64,000 bases of DNA, taken from Blastocatellia bacterium (GTDB lineage Bacteria; Acidobacteriota; Blastocatellia; DASRDY01). The notes under the pieces are model-generated. The model searched no databases. It was not told the DNA's origin and saw nothing but the letters and a program-made list of their open reading frames with translations. Where the stretch lies: positions 9,037 to 73,036 of the forward strand of contig DASRDY010000170.1 of NCBI GenBank assembly GCA_035652355.1, written 5' to 3'. Below are positions 1 through 9,468 of this stretch, piece by piece. Numbering within the stretch: the first letter of the stretch is position 1; every line of letters starts with the position of its first letter. A program made the translations under genes and the position numbers.

Positions 1-296
1 TATAAATTGACCATGCTAAAAAGTACCAATCAAGTTTTGCAGAACTCGTCTGAATGCTCTTCTTCCATCTCCATGGCGCTTTCATAACTTGCTGAAATTG
101 TATCGCGATATTTTACGACCTTAATCCAGCTTGAAACTGGCATTTTTCGTCGTTAAACTTCGTTTTCTTTGCATTAGCCCATTTCGCATCTGTCATATCC
201 AAAATTTAAGAAACATAGTTGGGTCCCCAGATCGCTCCAACGAGCGACAACAGTGTGGGTTGGGTTCCTTCCTGTGTATTGGGGGTAATCTGCACT

Positions 297-1256
297 ATGT
301 TGCTCAGACAAGCAATTCTGGATTTTCTCGAAGGCTATTTCTCAACTCATGACCGTGGATGGAAAACGAAAAACGCATACCGGTCAGATTTAGACCAGTT
401 TCAAGTTTTCGCCGGAAATGATACGGACATTTTTTCTCTGAACGGATCACTTATTGAGCAATGGGCCTCTCACCTAAGGCAAGAGGGCTATTCGCCAGCC
501 TCAATGAGGAGAAAGATAGTGGTTCTGAAGGTATTTTGCTCATATTGGGTGAGAAAAGGGATTTTATCTGAATCTCCTTTTTGGCGAGTCAAAATTAGTT
601 TCGGACGCATATTGCAACTTCCACGAACATTGACCGAAAACGAGATGAGATCTTTGCTTATGCAGGCTCGGAAAAGCGAGTCGATTATGGTCAACAACTG
701 TAAAGTCCCTCAAGCGCTCCAAGCGGCCTCCCTCTCTTACCGAACACTTAGAAATTTAGCTCTTGTGGACCTTCTTTTCGCGACCGGTATGCGGGTCGGA
801 GAGGTTTCTGCGCTCAACCTTCCAGACTTTCTTATCGATGAGGCCGCTTTCAAAGTTAAAGGAAAAGGGGGGAGAGACAGATTAGCCTTTGCTGTTGACA
901 AGGAGACTTTGAAAATACAAAAGAGACACGCCGAAATTCGGCGACAAATCCAAACAGAAAGCTTAGCTTTATTTTTGAACGCATCAGGCGACAGGCTTTC
1001 GACACAAGGTATAGCCAACGTTATCGCTCAACTACGTAAGGACGCCGGAATTGAAAGGACTATTACTCCCCACATGTTGAGGCATACAGTAGCAACATTG
1101 TTGCTCCGCAATGGCGCTGACATACGAATTGTACAAGAATTTCTAGGGCATTCTTCAATTGCCACAACACAACGTTACACTCATATTACAAAAGAACATT
1201 TAATCGGTGTATTGCGAAAACGGCATCCGTCTTTGGTTCTTCTGACAAACATTTAA
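297..1256 (+). CDS. Tyrosine site-specific recombinase/integrase (XerC/XerD-like phage integrase family)
   Basis: ORF 219..1256. The C-terminal catalytic box reads HMLRHTVATLLLRNGADIRIVQEFLGHSSIATTQRYTH (R...HxxR...Y). An N-terminal SAM-like core-binding region is present. The start is probably the internal Met at 297 (MLLRQAILDF). Confidence 0.85.
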   Translation: MLLRQAILDFLEGYFSTHDRGWKTKNAYRSDLDQFQVFAGNDTDIFSLNGSLIEQWASHLRQEGYSPASMRRKIVVLKVFCSYWVRKGILSESPFWRVKISFGRILQLPRTLTENEMRSLLMQARKSESIMVNNCKVPQALQAASLSYRTLRNLALVDLLFATGMRVGEVSALNLPDFLIDEAAFKVKGKGGRDRLAFAVDKETLKIQKRHAEIRRQIQTESLALFLNASGDRLSTQGIANVIAQLRKDAGIERTITPHMLRHTVATLLLRNGADIRIVQEFLGHSSIATTQRYTHITKEHLIGVLRKRHPSLVLLTNI

Positions 1257-1302
1257 TGTTGAAGCGTCGCACGAGTTCCTGCAATAAAACGCCCGTGGAT
1301 AA

Positions 1303-1338
1303 AAAGTACTGTACTTATAAACGAAGTACAGTAACTTT
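1303..1338. terminator. Near-perfect inverted repeat AAAGTACTGTACTT-7nt-AAGTACAGTAACTTT followed by TTTTAT, directly after the integrase gene. It is a putative intrinsic terminator or a recombinase binding site.
   Basis: Hairpin seen directly in the sequence, followed by a T-rich tail. Confidence 0.35.
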
Positions 1339-1648
1339 TATCAATCGCGTAAAGGAGGCAAGATTTTACCCGCGTAAAAACGTGTGAGTTAGCTCGCTTT
1401 CCCTATGTCTGCGTGCTTAAGCTAATAATAGATTGCGCCGTATATTTGTTCAAAACTGAAAGTAGGGGAATCCCTCCAAGATTTCCGCAGGGCTGCCGCC
1501 CTTCTTGAGGCGATATATGATTGATCCAAGGTTTATTCTCGTGCCTTTGATCTTTATTGTGCCATCACTTGTCTGCGCGGGTGGCACTTCAAGCTTTTCT
1601 CCGCACCTAACCATAATTTGGAGTATACATCACATCGGCATCGAGCTT

Positions 1649-2836
1649 TCAGGGATGCAACCGAAGCGTTGCAGCGCTAAATGGCTTGGAAACCATTCCT
1701 TTGATCAACAGTTTCAAGTAAATCTGATGATTTGGTAGATTCATCAAATCAATTTCAGAGAATTCTGGTTGGAATTCTTTGGCCAAAACTTCGGCATCAG
1801 CCACGCCAAGCCGAAAGGAAATAATAGTTCCGACATTACCAAGAATTGCATCACGCACCGGCAAATCAAGTTGAGCCAGATGCTGGTGCGCAAGCGTAAT
1901 CCCTACTCTGTATTTTCTCAGTTCCGAAAGCATGCTTACGATACTGAGCGTGGTGAAGCTTTGAAACTCATCCAGGTACAGGAAAAATGGTGTGCGATTA
2001 TCTTCGGCGATATCAGCCCTGCTCAATGCGGCAAGACCTATTCTCGAAACAATCATTGCACCGAGAAGTGACGCGGTATCTTCACCGATCTTTCCTTTCG
2101 AAAGGTTGACGAGCAATATTTTTCCTTCGTCCATGACGCGACGTAAATAAAAGGAGCTTTTTCGTTGAGTCAAAATCCGGTGCAGTATCGGGTCTGCCAG
2201 GAACGCTCCCACTTTGTTTTGTATTGGAGCAATTGCCTCAGCCCGGAAACGGGCCGGGTAGCCTTCATATTCCTTGAGCCAAAAATCGCGAACCCGAGCG
2301 TTTTGGCTGTTTTTCGCAACTTGTTTTCTGAAGCTGTTGTCATCAAATATCCGCAGTATGTCGGCAAGCGTTGACTCCGGTTGATCGAGTAAGGCAAATA
2401 AAGCATTGCGTAGGATATGTTCCAACCGTGGTCCCCAGCTATCAATCCAGAGCTTTTTGAACACTTCTAAAAGTCCTGAAGCGGCAAGTGGCCGTTTTAA
2501 CGGCGCAATCTGTTCCAGCGGGTTGAAGCCAAGCGTATTGGATGGATCAGGCACATTGAAATAGATCAGGTCGGCTTTCCGATGTGCCGGAATGACGCTT
2601 TCGATTTTTTCGACCAGATCGCCGTGGGGATCGAGCAGAGCCATGCCCTGTCCGGATTCAATGTCCTGTCTCATGAGGGTTTCAAGCAGCGTTGATTTGC
2701 CAGTGCCGGTTTTGCCGATGATGTGAATATGTCCCATCCTGTCGGACTGCCGAATACCGAACCGTGTTTGCCGGCCGCGATAGTTGGTTTCGCCAAAATA
2801 TGCAATTGTGCTGGGATTAGTGGTGGGAGGGGTCAT
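1649..2836 (-). CDS. TraD/VirD4-like P-loop ATPase (FtsK-HerA superfamily; putative conjugative coupling / TraG-D_C type protein)
   Basis: Walker A IIGKTGTGKST is followed by ALLDPHGDL. Walker B is FLYLDEFQSF. The C-terminal region has the TraG-D_C-like pattern RKYRVGITLAHQHLAQL. It is a paralog of the central part of ORF 31819..34890. Confidence 0.6.
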   Translation of the reverse strand: MTPPTTNPSTIAYFGETNYRGRQTRFGIRQSDRMGHIHIIGKTGTGKSTLLETLMRQDIESGQGMALLDPHGDLVEKIESVIPAHRKADLIYFNVPDPSNTLGFNPLEQIAPLKRPLAASGLLEVFKKLWIDSWGPRLEHILRNALFALLDQPESTLADILRIFDDNSFRKQVAKNSQNARVRDFWLKEYEGYPARFRAEAIAPIQNKVGAFLADPILHRILTQRKSSFYLRRVMDEGKILLVNLSKGKIGEDTASLLGAMIVSRIGLAALSRADIAEDNRTPFFLYLDEFQSFTTLSIVSMLSELRKYRVGITLAHQHLAQLDLPVRDAILGNVGTIISFRLGVADAEVLAKEFQPEFSEIDLMNLPNHQIYLKLLIKGMVSKPFSAATLRLHP

Positions 2837-3056
2837 GGTGTATCACTGTGGGTTTAAAACCTGTGAACTTCAAACATTGAAATGATCGTGATTTCTAATT
2901 GTATGAGAAAAGGGGGCAAGAACTGTAAGAACAGGTTGCCCCATGAGTTGTCACTGAGGAACACTCCGGCCGCTTAGGCCAGAATCATTACTGGTTCTAT
3001 CTTTTGTGTTCGGTGATTAAATGAAACAAATGTAGCAACGCTGGCAGGACTCAAGA

Positions 3057-4094
3057 CTAACTTGCTTTCTTTGGTCGGTCTGCCTCAAAGACTTGCTCGA
3101 CATTGATATACCGGCCATCAGAACTGGGTTTCGTGGTCACAAGACAAGGAATATTAAGGATCTTCCCTTCCGTAATTTGCGATACCGGCACAGCGTAGCC
3201 AGCATCAGCAATCCGGGCGGAGAGCTGCTTTTCTGTGCCAAAGAGTTTGATGACTTTGCCCGCGACTTCCACATTGATGAAACATCGCCTCCCCCACTTA
3301 CTTTCCGTCGAACCAATATCTTTCAGGAGGGCTTGCTGGAAGACCGGACCTTGTGCGGGCGGTACTGGTTTAAGTCCCTTTCCATTATCTTTCTGACTTA
3401 CGGGTTGAGCCGGTGGCGGACCAATATCCAGGAACTCGCGAATGATGGTGGTTTGTAGTTCGAGGGCAGATGCAGCCTTGGATTTGATGTCATCGGTTCG
3501 CTCTGGATCAACGGGGAAATCAAGTTCGACTGACACAGAATCAATCCGGCCATCAGGACTGAGACTACGCTTAATGAGCATGCGGGATCTAGGAATTACT
3601 GTAATGGATTCCGGGCCGTACTTTGATGGTGGGCAAAACTCGGTGGCTTCTGCTGCTGCTTCGGCCTCATCGCGTTCAATGGCTTGTTCTTCGTACCAGG
3701 CGTCAGTCGCTTCATCATCAATCTCAACCGTGGTTTCGGCGTAGTCGTATTCATCATCTGGGCCTTGAGGCTCGGTTTTTTCGCTGTCGAATTCAATCAC
3801 TGCGGCAATATGCCTACAGGAATAGTTTGGATCAGCTCTTTTGACTTGAAAATCAGAACACGTGCAGTGCAGTCGACCGTGATCAATGGTGACGAGATAA
3901 CTCTTTGCCGGATCAAAAGGCAATCTCACTCGGTATCCTTCATCTGTTTTGACAACAGACAAGTACGTGTCCTTTCGTTCCGTCCGTTTCTTTCGTAACT
4001 GGGAACTCATGCGATACTCTCCTTTGCTTGGTATGGTGTATAAAAGAAATTGCGGTTTCGGGGCAGTTTTTAGGCCGGGTGACATTTGGGCCAC
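3057..4094 (-). CDS. SWIM zinc-finger domain protein with an acidic linker and an uncharacterized C-terminal domain
   Basis: The CxC..CxH SWIM signature reads HGRLHCTCSDFQVKRADPNYSCRHIAAVIEF. The central stretch is rich in D/E. The true start is probably an internal Met (MSSQLRKKR). Confidence 0.55.
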   Translation of the reverse strand: MAQMSPGLKTAPKPQFLLYTIPSKGEYRMSSQLRKKRTERKDTYLSVVKTDEGYRVRLPFDPAKSYLVTIDHGRLHCTCSDFQVKRADPNYSCRHIAAVIEFDSEKTEPQGPDDEYDYAETTVEIDDEATDAWYEEQAIERDEAEAAAEATEFCPPSKYGPESITVIPRSRMLIKRSLSPDGRIDSVSVELDFPVDPERTDDIKSKAASALELQTTIIREFLDIGPPPAQPVSQKDNGKGLKPVPPAQGPVFQQALLKDIGSTESKWGRRCFINVEVAGKVIKLFGTEKQLSARIADAGYAVPVSQITEGKILNIPCLVTTKPSSDGRYINVEQVFEADRPKKAS

Positions 4095-4168
4095 ACGAAT
4101 CCTATAGAACTGCCCTACACTGGTGCGACGGTGATCAAACTGGCGGGTTTCTAATGTGGCGCTATCAT

Positions 4169-4912
4169 CTAGCTGAATTGCGGCAAGAAACCGGCAAGGC
4201 GGGACGTCATTCGGAACTGGGCAACAGGACTGAGGTCCTTAAAGGCTGAGGTAAAGGCATTAGACAGTGACCAGAGATTTCGGCCCGAAAACTCCTCATA
4301 GTGCGGATTGAAGTAGTAGTCGTGGACCGTGTTCATCAGTTGCTTGGGGAAGTCAGACTGGATGAATGCCTGATAGATGATGAGCTTGGCCTGCGAATCG
4401 TAGAGCCCTCGCCGCTGCCAAGCAGCGATCTGGTGTTCAAGCGAAGCGAAGTTCCGCTGAATCTTATCCACTCCGACTGAGATTGCCTGGGAGAGTTCAA
4501 GTCCTGGCGTGTGTTTGTGCTGGATCGGCAGGAAATCGCCGTGGAACGCCATGTTTGCACAAACTAAAACACGGTATCCTGCAGTGAGCGCTAGCCGCAT
4601 GCTTTTATCATTTCCATGCCTGAGGCCAATGGCGAAGTTGACGCCACTGGATTCTACTGCAAGGGTCATAATGCCAAAGAGCTTCATGCCGTTCGGCGAG
4701 ACTGCATATTCATCGTGCTTGACGTGAATATGGCGAAACGAAAGCGTTTCGATGAGTAAGCCCACAACCTCATCATGCGGGATTGGCCGATGAGTTGCCG
4801 TGGGAGTGGGTGCCGAAATATCCTTCAGCTCCTCCCGGGTGATCTTCGAAGTGCCGCGCTGGGCGATAAGCACAGCTTGAGCCATATCGTTATTCCTCCT
4901 TTCAACGTTCAT
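4169..4912 (-). CDS. DUF932-like (phage/plasmid-associated) domain protein
   Basis: A 247 aa ORF whose overall pattern resembles DUF932/DUF945 proteins found on ICEs and plasmids. It overlaps the upstream small ORF by 4 nt (ATGA). The family assignment is from memory and not verified. Confidence 0.45.
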   Translation of the reverse strand: MNVERRNNDMAQAVLIAQRGTSKITREELKDISAPTPTATHRPIPHDEVVGLLIETLSFRHIHVKHDEYAVSPNGMKLFGIMTLAVESSGVNFAIGLRHGNDKSMRLALTAGYRVLVCANMAFHGDFLPIQHKHTPGLELSQAISVGVDKIQRNFASLEHQIAAWQRRGLYDSQAKLIIYQAFIQSDFPKQLMNTVHDYYFNPHYEEFSGRNLWSLSNAFTSAFKDLSPVAQFRMTSRLAGFLPQFS

Positions 4913-5145
4913 TGCGCCTCCTCAGCAATTCTATTGACCACTGTTTCTGCCGTAGCGTGGACTTCCTTCAATCGATTGAGGCGTAGTTCCTGCAATCGCT
5001 TGTTGAGGCCAGCCATTGCTTCGCGGTCATCAGAGCTGGTGATCGGTTGTTCCTTGGCCGCTGCCGACAAAGCAAGTCCGATGAGACGAAATTCTTGGCT
5101 CGTCAGGTGCGTGACATACGTAATCGATACCTCAATGTGAGGCAT
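4909..5145 (-). CDS. Small hypothetical protein (about 79 aa), translationally coupled to the DUF932 gene
   Basis: ORF 4909..5277. The internal Met at 5145 is preceded by GGAGGA 9 nt upstream, so the shorter start is preferred. Confidence 0.4.
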   Translation of the reverse strand: MPHIEVSITYVTHLTSQEFRLIGLALSAAAKEQPITSSDDREAMAGLNKRLQELRLNRLKEVHATAETVVNRIAEEAQ

Positions 5146-5389
5146 ACCATTTATTCCTCCTATGAATGTGATTGGAAGCTTTGGAATCAAAGCTCCAGGT
5201 GAACTGAGGGCAGCATAACAAGCAGACAGAATCTGAATAGTGAGGAAAATTTGCCGCATCCGGCAAATTTTCCTCACTTATATTTTCTATACCCCACTGC
5301 TACGGTATTGATATCCAGTCGGAAAGTTCATAGTCACATCTGCCACTGAATACGTCTGTCATCACTTCGCAAGTAACCCATTCCTCTCA

Positions 5390-6385
5390 ATGCCTCTTGA
5401 TTTTCAACAATCGATCAATCGTATTATGTGCGGGGATGCTTCCGAGGTCTTACGGCAATTCCCAAGTGACTCGATTGACTGCGTGGTTACGAGTCCACCT
5501 TACTGGCGGCTGCGTGATTATGGGGTTGCTGGGCAATTAGGACTCGAACCGACATTTGAAGAATATATCGAAAACCTTTGCAAAGTCTTTGATGAAATTC
5601 GAAGAGTCCTGAAGCCTTCCGGTACCTGCTGGGTGAATTTAGGCGACACGTATGCCAGCGGTCGAAACAGGAACAAAAATTTCAGTCCGCGCTATGGACA
5701 CGCTTCAGGTGCACGAAAGCGGGAAGCGATTCGGCCGAGTGCTACAACATCGCTTCCTCCAAAATGCCTCCTTCAATTGCCGTCCCGGTTTGCTTTGGAA
5801 ATGACAGCGCGTGGCTGGATTCTGCGCAACGAAATCATTTGGCATAAGCCGAATGCGCTACCGGCAAGTGTCCGAGACCGGTTTACGGTCGATTTCGAAA
5901 AGTTATTATTTTTCGTCAAAGGCAAGCGCTATTATTTTGATCAAGATGCAGTCCGAGAGCCATACCAAGCGCAATCAATTGCACGAATGAATCGCGGAGT
6001 TTCGAACAACCACAAAAACTTGCACGTACCCGGCCAAACGGTGCAAGGAATGCACAGGTCCAGGGCTCGCGGTGATGGTACTAAAGTGAATCCTTTTGGA
6101 AGGAATAAACGCTGTGTGTGGCGGATTCCGACGCAACCGTTCAAAGAGGCGCATTTTGCTGTATATCCAGCATCTTTGATTGAAACGCCTATTGTGGTCG
6201 GCTGTCCGAAGGATGGGATTGTCTTGGATCCGTTTATGGGCAGTGGCACAACAGCGGTTGAGGCTCTGCGACTCGAACGGCGCTTTGTGGGAATCGAACT
6301 TAATCCTCAATACATCAAAATTGCTCAACGAAGAGCCGCTGACATCATCCTTCGGCCGGACTACATCAATTCGGCGTGTATCTAA
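5390..6385 (+). CDS. DNA methyltransferase (N4-cytosine/N6-adenine, beta-class, DNA methylase N-4/N-6 domain). It is apparently an orphan, with no restriction endonuclease gene adjacent.
   Basis: Motif IV is DCVVTSPPYWRLRDYG (SPPY). The C-terminal AdoMet motif I is LDPFMGSGTTAVEA. Confidence 0.85.
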   Translation: MPLDFQQSINRIMCGDASEVLRQFPSDSIDCVVTSPPYWRLRDYGVAGQLGLEPTFEEYIENLCKVFDEIRRVLKPSGTCWVNLGDTYASGRNRNKNFSPRYGHASGARKREAIRPSATTSLPPKCLLQLPSRFALEMTARGWILRNEIIWHKPNALPASVRDRFTVDFEKLLFFVKGKRYYFDQDAVREPYQAQSIARMNRGVSNNHKNLHVPGQTVQGMHRSRARGDGTKVNPFGRNKRCVWRIPTQPFKEAHFAVYPASLIETPIVVGCPKDGIVLDPFMGSGTTAVEALRLERRFVGIELNPQYIKIAQRRAADIILRPDYINSACI

Positions 6386-7349
6386 AGATTTCGTCAAACT
6401 TCATGCCTTCCGAGTCAAACTGGGTTTGCCCCACGTGCTTTGAATAAATGAGCTTCCCATCCTCCATCACCTGAAATGTGCCGCTCCACCCGCCAGGAAT
6501 CGATGCGTTCCACAGCGTAAATTGAAAGAGATTTTCTTTTCCCTTCAGGATTTGATTCGAAACGTCGATCCATTGGCCGACACCTTGATGACTTCCGTTA
6601 TTGGGATCGCCCCATTTTGTTTCCGTGATCATCGTTCCGTTGAGGAAGCAGCGTGCGACATCGTCAGCGTCAGTCACCCGAATTTGCACCTCGTGTGTCC
6701 AATTGGCGAGTCGTTCGTTGGCCTTATTCCCCCACTCTGTTCCAGGAAATTGCGCTGCAGTTTGACGAAAGTAGTCTCGCGCTTGCTGTTTCTGTCGAAG
6801 TTCATATGTGGCATCAGCCATTGTATAACTTGCCTCGGCGGCATGAGGTCCTGAAGGGTAAAGTGTGAGATACCGTTTGGCTCCGTCAACTTTATTTGAC
6901 AACCCGTATTCGGCTTGGACATAGGCGGCAAAAAAGAACTCCCCATCATTATCCAATGACGGATTGAACGTCTTTGCCTTCATCAAGGCCGCATAGGCAT
7001 CGACTTGTTTCGTCTTCATCAGATATTTGGCAATGTCATAACAGCGCTTGCTGGCAGCGGGTTTTAATCCTTCATCGAGAACGAAGGCTGTGTTGAACTC
7101 CTGATCAGCAGCACTTGATTGGCCCAAGCCAAGATAGGTTACCCCCAGCAGCATGTGAGCTTCCGCATTTTTCGGATTGGTTTGAATCTCTTGCTTGAGC
7201 AGAATTGCAGCCTGATCAAACATTCCGGCATCAAGAAACTCTTTAGCCTTGGCAACCTCTTTTGAACCAGAGCACGAGGTGAGTGATAAGGCGATTAAAA
7301 GCATCACAATAGCGTTTAGACAAGGCCACTGCTTCATAAAACTCCTCAA
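6366..7349 (-). CDS. TPR-repeat lipoprotein
   Basis: Signal peptide plus lipobox LTSC. TPR-like A/L/Y-rich repeats are present (MFDQAAILLKQEIQTNPKNAEAHMLLGVTY). Confidence 0.6.
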   Translation of the reverse strand: MRSFMKQWPCLNAIVMLLIALSLTSCSGSKEVAKAKEFLDAGMFDQAAILLKQEIQTNPKNAEAHMLLGVTYLGLGQSSAADQEFNTAFVLDEGLKPAASKRCYDIAKYLMKTKQVDAYAALMKAKTFNPSLDNDGEFFFAAYVQAEYGLSNKVDGAKRYLTLYPSGPHAAEASYTMADATYELRQKQQARDYFRQTAAQFPGTEWGNKANERLANWTHEVQIRVTDADDVARCFLNGTMITETKWGDPNNGSHQGVGQWIDVSNQILKGKENLFQFTLWNASIPGGWSGTFQVMEDGKLIYSKHVGQTQFDSEGMKFDEIFRYTPN

Positions 7350-7575
7350 TTCGTTCGTGAACCGCTGTACTTAAATCCCTGCGTAAGAATGAATGCGGAG
7401 GTCCAGTCCTGACAGCCGCCTTCTCTTTATCTCAGGTATTCTGTTATTCTTCGCTGCAATGATCGATCCGCCAGGATTGGCCACGTGTTGAACACGTCCT
7501 GCCTGCGTCTCTTTTTGGCAGATCAATTAAGAACCCACATTCTATGGAGAAATATCCATAACGACAAGCAAAAAG

Positions 7576-7884
7576 ATGCCTCTGACCAGGAGGTGTCTGA
7601 TGGGGCGTAAACAGCGAGAGCGGCCCGAGAAGCTCGCCGAAAAACTGCTGACGATCAGACAAGCGCTTGGATTTTCGCAGACGCAAATGTGGAGAGCCCT
7701 CGGTCTTGAAGAGAAAAGTAGCTATCACATCATTAGCTACTTTGAAAACGGGAAGCAAGAGCCTTCAATTCTGGATTTGCTGAGGTATGCTCGCTTGGCA
7801 CACATTTCTCTGGAGATACTCGCTGATGATGAACAAGAATTACCGGTAAGAATTACAAAGAAAAAGAAAGTTCCCCGCGAATAG
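7576..7884 (+). CDS. Small HTH (XRE-like) DNA-binding protein, paralog A
   Basis: The sequence LLTIRQALGFSQTQMWRALGL...ISYFENGKQEPSILDLLRYARLAHISLEIL is clearly paralogous to the convergent ORF 7914..8186. Confidence 0.6.
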   Translation: MPLTRRCLMGRKQRERPEKLAEKLLTIRQALGFSQTQMWRALGLEEKSSYHIISYFENGKQEPSILDLLRYARLAHISLEILADDEQELPVRITKKKKVPRE

Positions 7885-7913
7885 AATCGCTTTTATTCAA
7901 TTGCTGTTCAGTT

Positions 7914-8186
7914 CTATTTTCTGTGCAGCAGATGCTTTGGCAGGTCAACCTCATCATCAATGAGCACCTCTGCGTTTACCTTCGCAAGCCTGGCGTACTT
8001 TAACAAAGTAATATACGAAGGTTGCCGTGTACCTTTTTCAAAGTGACTTATATGAGCATTATGAACCGGTGATTTTTCGGTCGTCAGCTGTGCTGCCATC
8101 TGAGGCTGGCTTAATTCAAGGCTCTCGCGTATTTGTTTCAGCTTTATAGCCAAGCGATCCGGTTGCGGTCTTACTTTACGTCCCAT
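7914..8186 (-). CDS. Small HTH (XRE-like) DNA-binding protein, paralog B
   Basis: The sequence LKQIRESLELSQPQMAAQL...ISHFEKGTRQPSYITLLKYARLAKVNAEVL has the same architecture and length as 7576..7884. Confidence 0.6.
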   Translation of the reverse strand: MGRKVRPQPDRLAIKLKQIRESLELSQPQMAAQLTTEKSPVHNAHISHFEKGTRQPSYITLLKYARLAKVNAEVLIDDEVDLPKHLLHRK

Positions 8187-8371
8187 CAGGACCTCCTGAG
8201 GGACTTTCTATGTGCTTAACGCTTCGTAGATATTTCAGTTGCTTTCTTCGCCTATTTAGGCGACGATATTGTTTGTTGAATCGGTCCGCCGCCATGAGCA
8301 GGCAGAACTTACCGTGCAAGCTTGCCAGCCGGATCGATCATTTTTGCAGATCATAGCATAAGGCCAGCGCG

Positions 8372-9130
8372 ATGCAGGACCTGAAGGCGCATTTACATCA
8401 TTGCTTTTGTCTTCTACTGACAGCGCTCCTGTTCCTGCAAATCCCCTATCCAGTGCAGCCCAAGGACACGGCAGATGACGCAGCGATTAAACATGTCCTT
8501 GCGCCATTTGCCGGTCGCACTGTTGACGGCATCTTTATCTACCTCGATCAAATCAGACCAGCACCCGTCAAAGACAGTGATAAACAGTTTCTGATGCGCA
8601 ATATGTCAATCCTCACTGGAGAAACCGGCGTCCGTGATCCAGCGTTGCTTCAGAAACTCAGACAGAAGATCCGCCCTGCTTTGGCACTCCACCGGCGTAT
8701 CCAAGTAGTTGATCTCTATGTTTTCCGTTATCCCTATCCAGTTGCCATGAACAAGCCTGGAGCATTTGTAGCGTTAAGCACTACGATGCTCGATTTGATT
8801 GGCGACGATGAATCGTCCCTATTGGGCACAGTTGCTCACGAATTAGCTCACGAATACGTTGCCTCAGAACACTTTGAAGCTTTGCAGAAACACGATCTTG
8901 CAAAAATGCGGGAATTGGAATTGTTCTGTGATGTCGTAGCTACGGCGACGCTCGTTGCTCTTGGACTTGATCCAGCCCATTATGCATCGCTGCTTGAGCG
9001 GGCAGTGAACTCTTCGCCAGAAGCGGCAAAGATGAATAACGGCGAGAGAGAAATGCCAAATGTTGTGGTGCGAAGACGGTTAATTGCCGAGGTCGCTGCA
9101 CAGCTTACCACCTCAAACTCCTCACATTAA
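8372..9130 (+). CDS. Secreted HExxH-motif protein, a putative zinc metallopeptidase-like protein
   Basis: An N-terminal hydrophobic signal region. The HExxH motif reads VAHELAHEY. No confident family assignment. Confidence 0.4.
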   Translation: MQDLKAHLHHCFCLLLTALLFLQIPYPVQPKDTADDAAIKHVLAPFAGRTVDGIFIYLDQIRPAPVKDSDKQFLMRNMSILTGETGVRDPALLQKLRQKIRPALALHRRIQVVDLYVFRYPYPVAMNKPGAFVALSTTMLDLIGDDESSLLGTVAHELAHEYVASEHFEALQKHDLAKMRELELFCDVVATATLVALGLDPAHYASLLERAVNSSPEAAKMNNGEREMPNVVVRRRLIAEVAAQLTTSNSSH

Positions 9131-9468
9131 GATATCGCTCTTATGTACTCAACGCTTTTCCGCATCAAAGGTTCTCGCACTCAGTCTGTATTGACAGACC
9201 GTTCTGATACATATTCGATATTGACCTATGTTAAGAATGGGCCATAAAATACTTTGCGGCCTACGTTCACCCTGGTTTGAGCCCAGAACAGGTTAGTCCT
9301 ACCGTGAAGCCTGAGACCGTAATATTCAATTAGGAAATCAATTCGCCGCCTTTAACTAAAACAGACGGGTTCATCGAAATCAAGCCTGAAATAAGCCGTT
9401 TGGCCCAGTGATGTGTGGGAATAATGAATACGGTATTATCATACGTTGCTGCTGCCGGGAGGTGCTAA

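Larger units (their letters stand above)
1..6400. mobile_element. Putative integrative/mobilizable gene module, with boundaries undetermined and the left edge possibly outside the window. It contains a tyrosine integrase, a TraD/VirD4-like ATPase, a SWIM zinc-finger protein, a DUF932 protein and an orphan DNA methyltransferase.
   Basis: Gene content typical of ICE/IME cargo. The integrase converges on the ATPase. No att repeats found by eye. Confidence 0.4.

Noticed and set aside
3093-3998. Several plus-strand ORFs (121, 100, 73 and 104 aa) inside the SWIM protein gene
   Set aside because: Antisense shadow ORFs, low-complexity Ser/Arg-rich.
7576-8186. Interpretation of the two small convergent ORFs as a toxin-antitoxin pair
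   Set aside because: The two proteins are paralogs of each other with the same HTH-like architecture. Neither resembles a known toxin fold.
9192-9247. Sigma70 promoter for the helicase-pAgo operon (TTGACC-N17-ATAAAAT)
   Set aside because: A plausible match, but AT-rich intergenic DNA gives many such hits. Not reported as a feature without transcript data.
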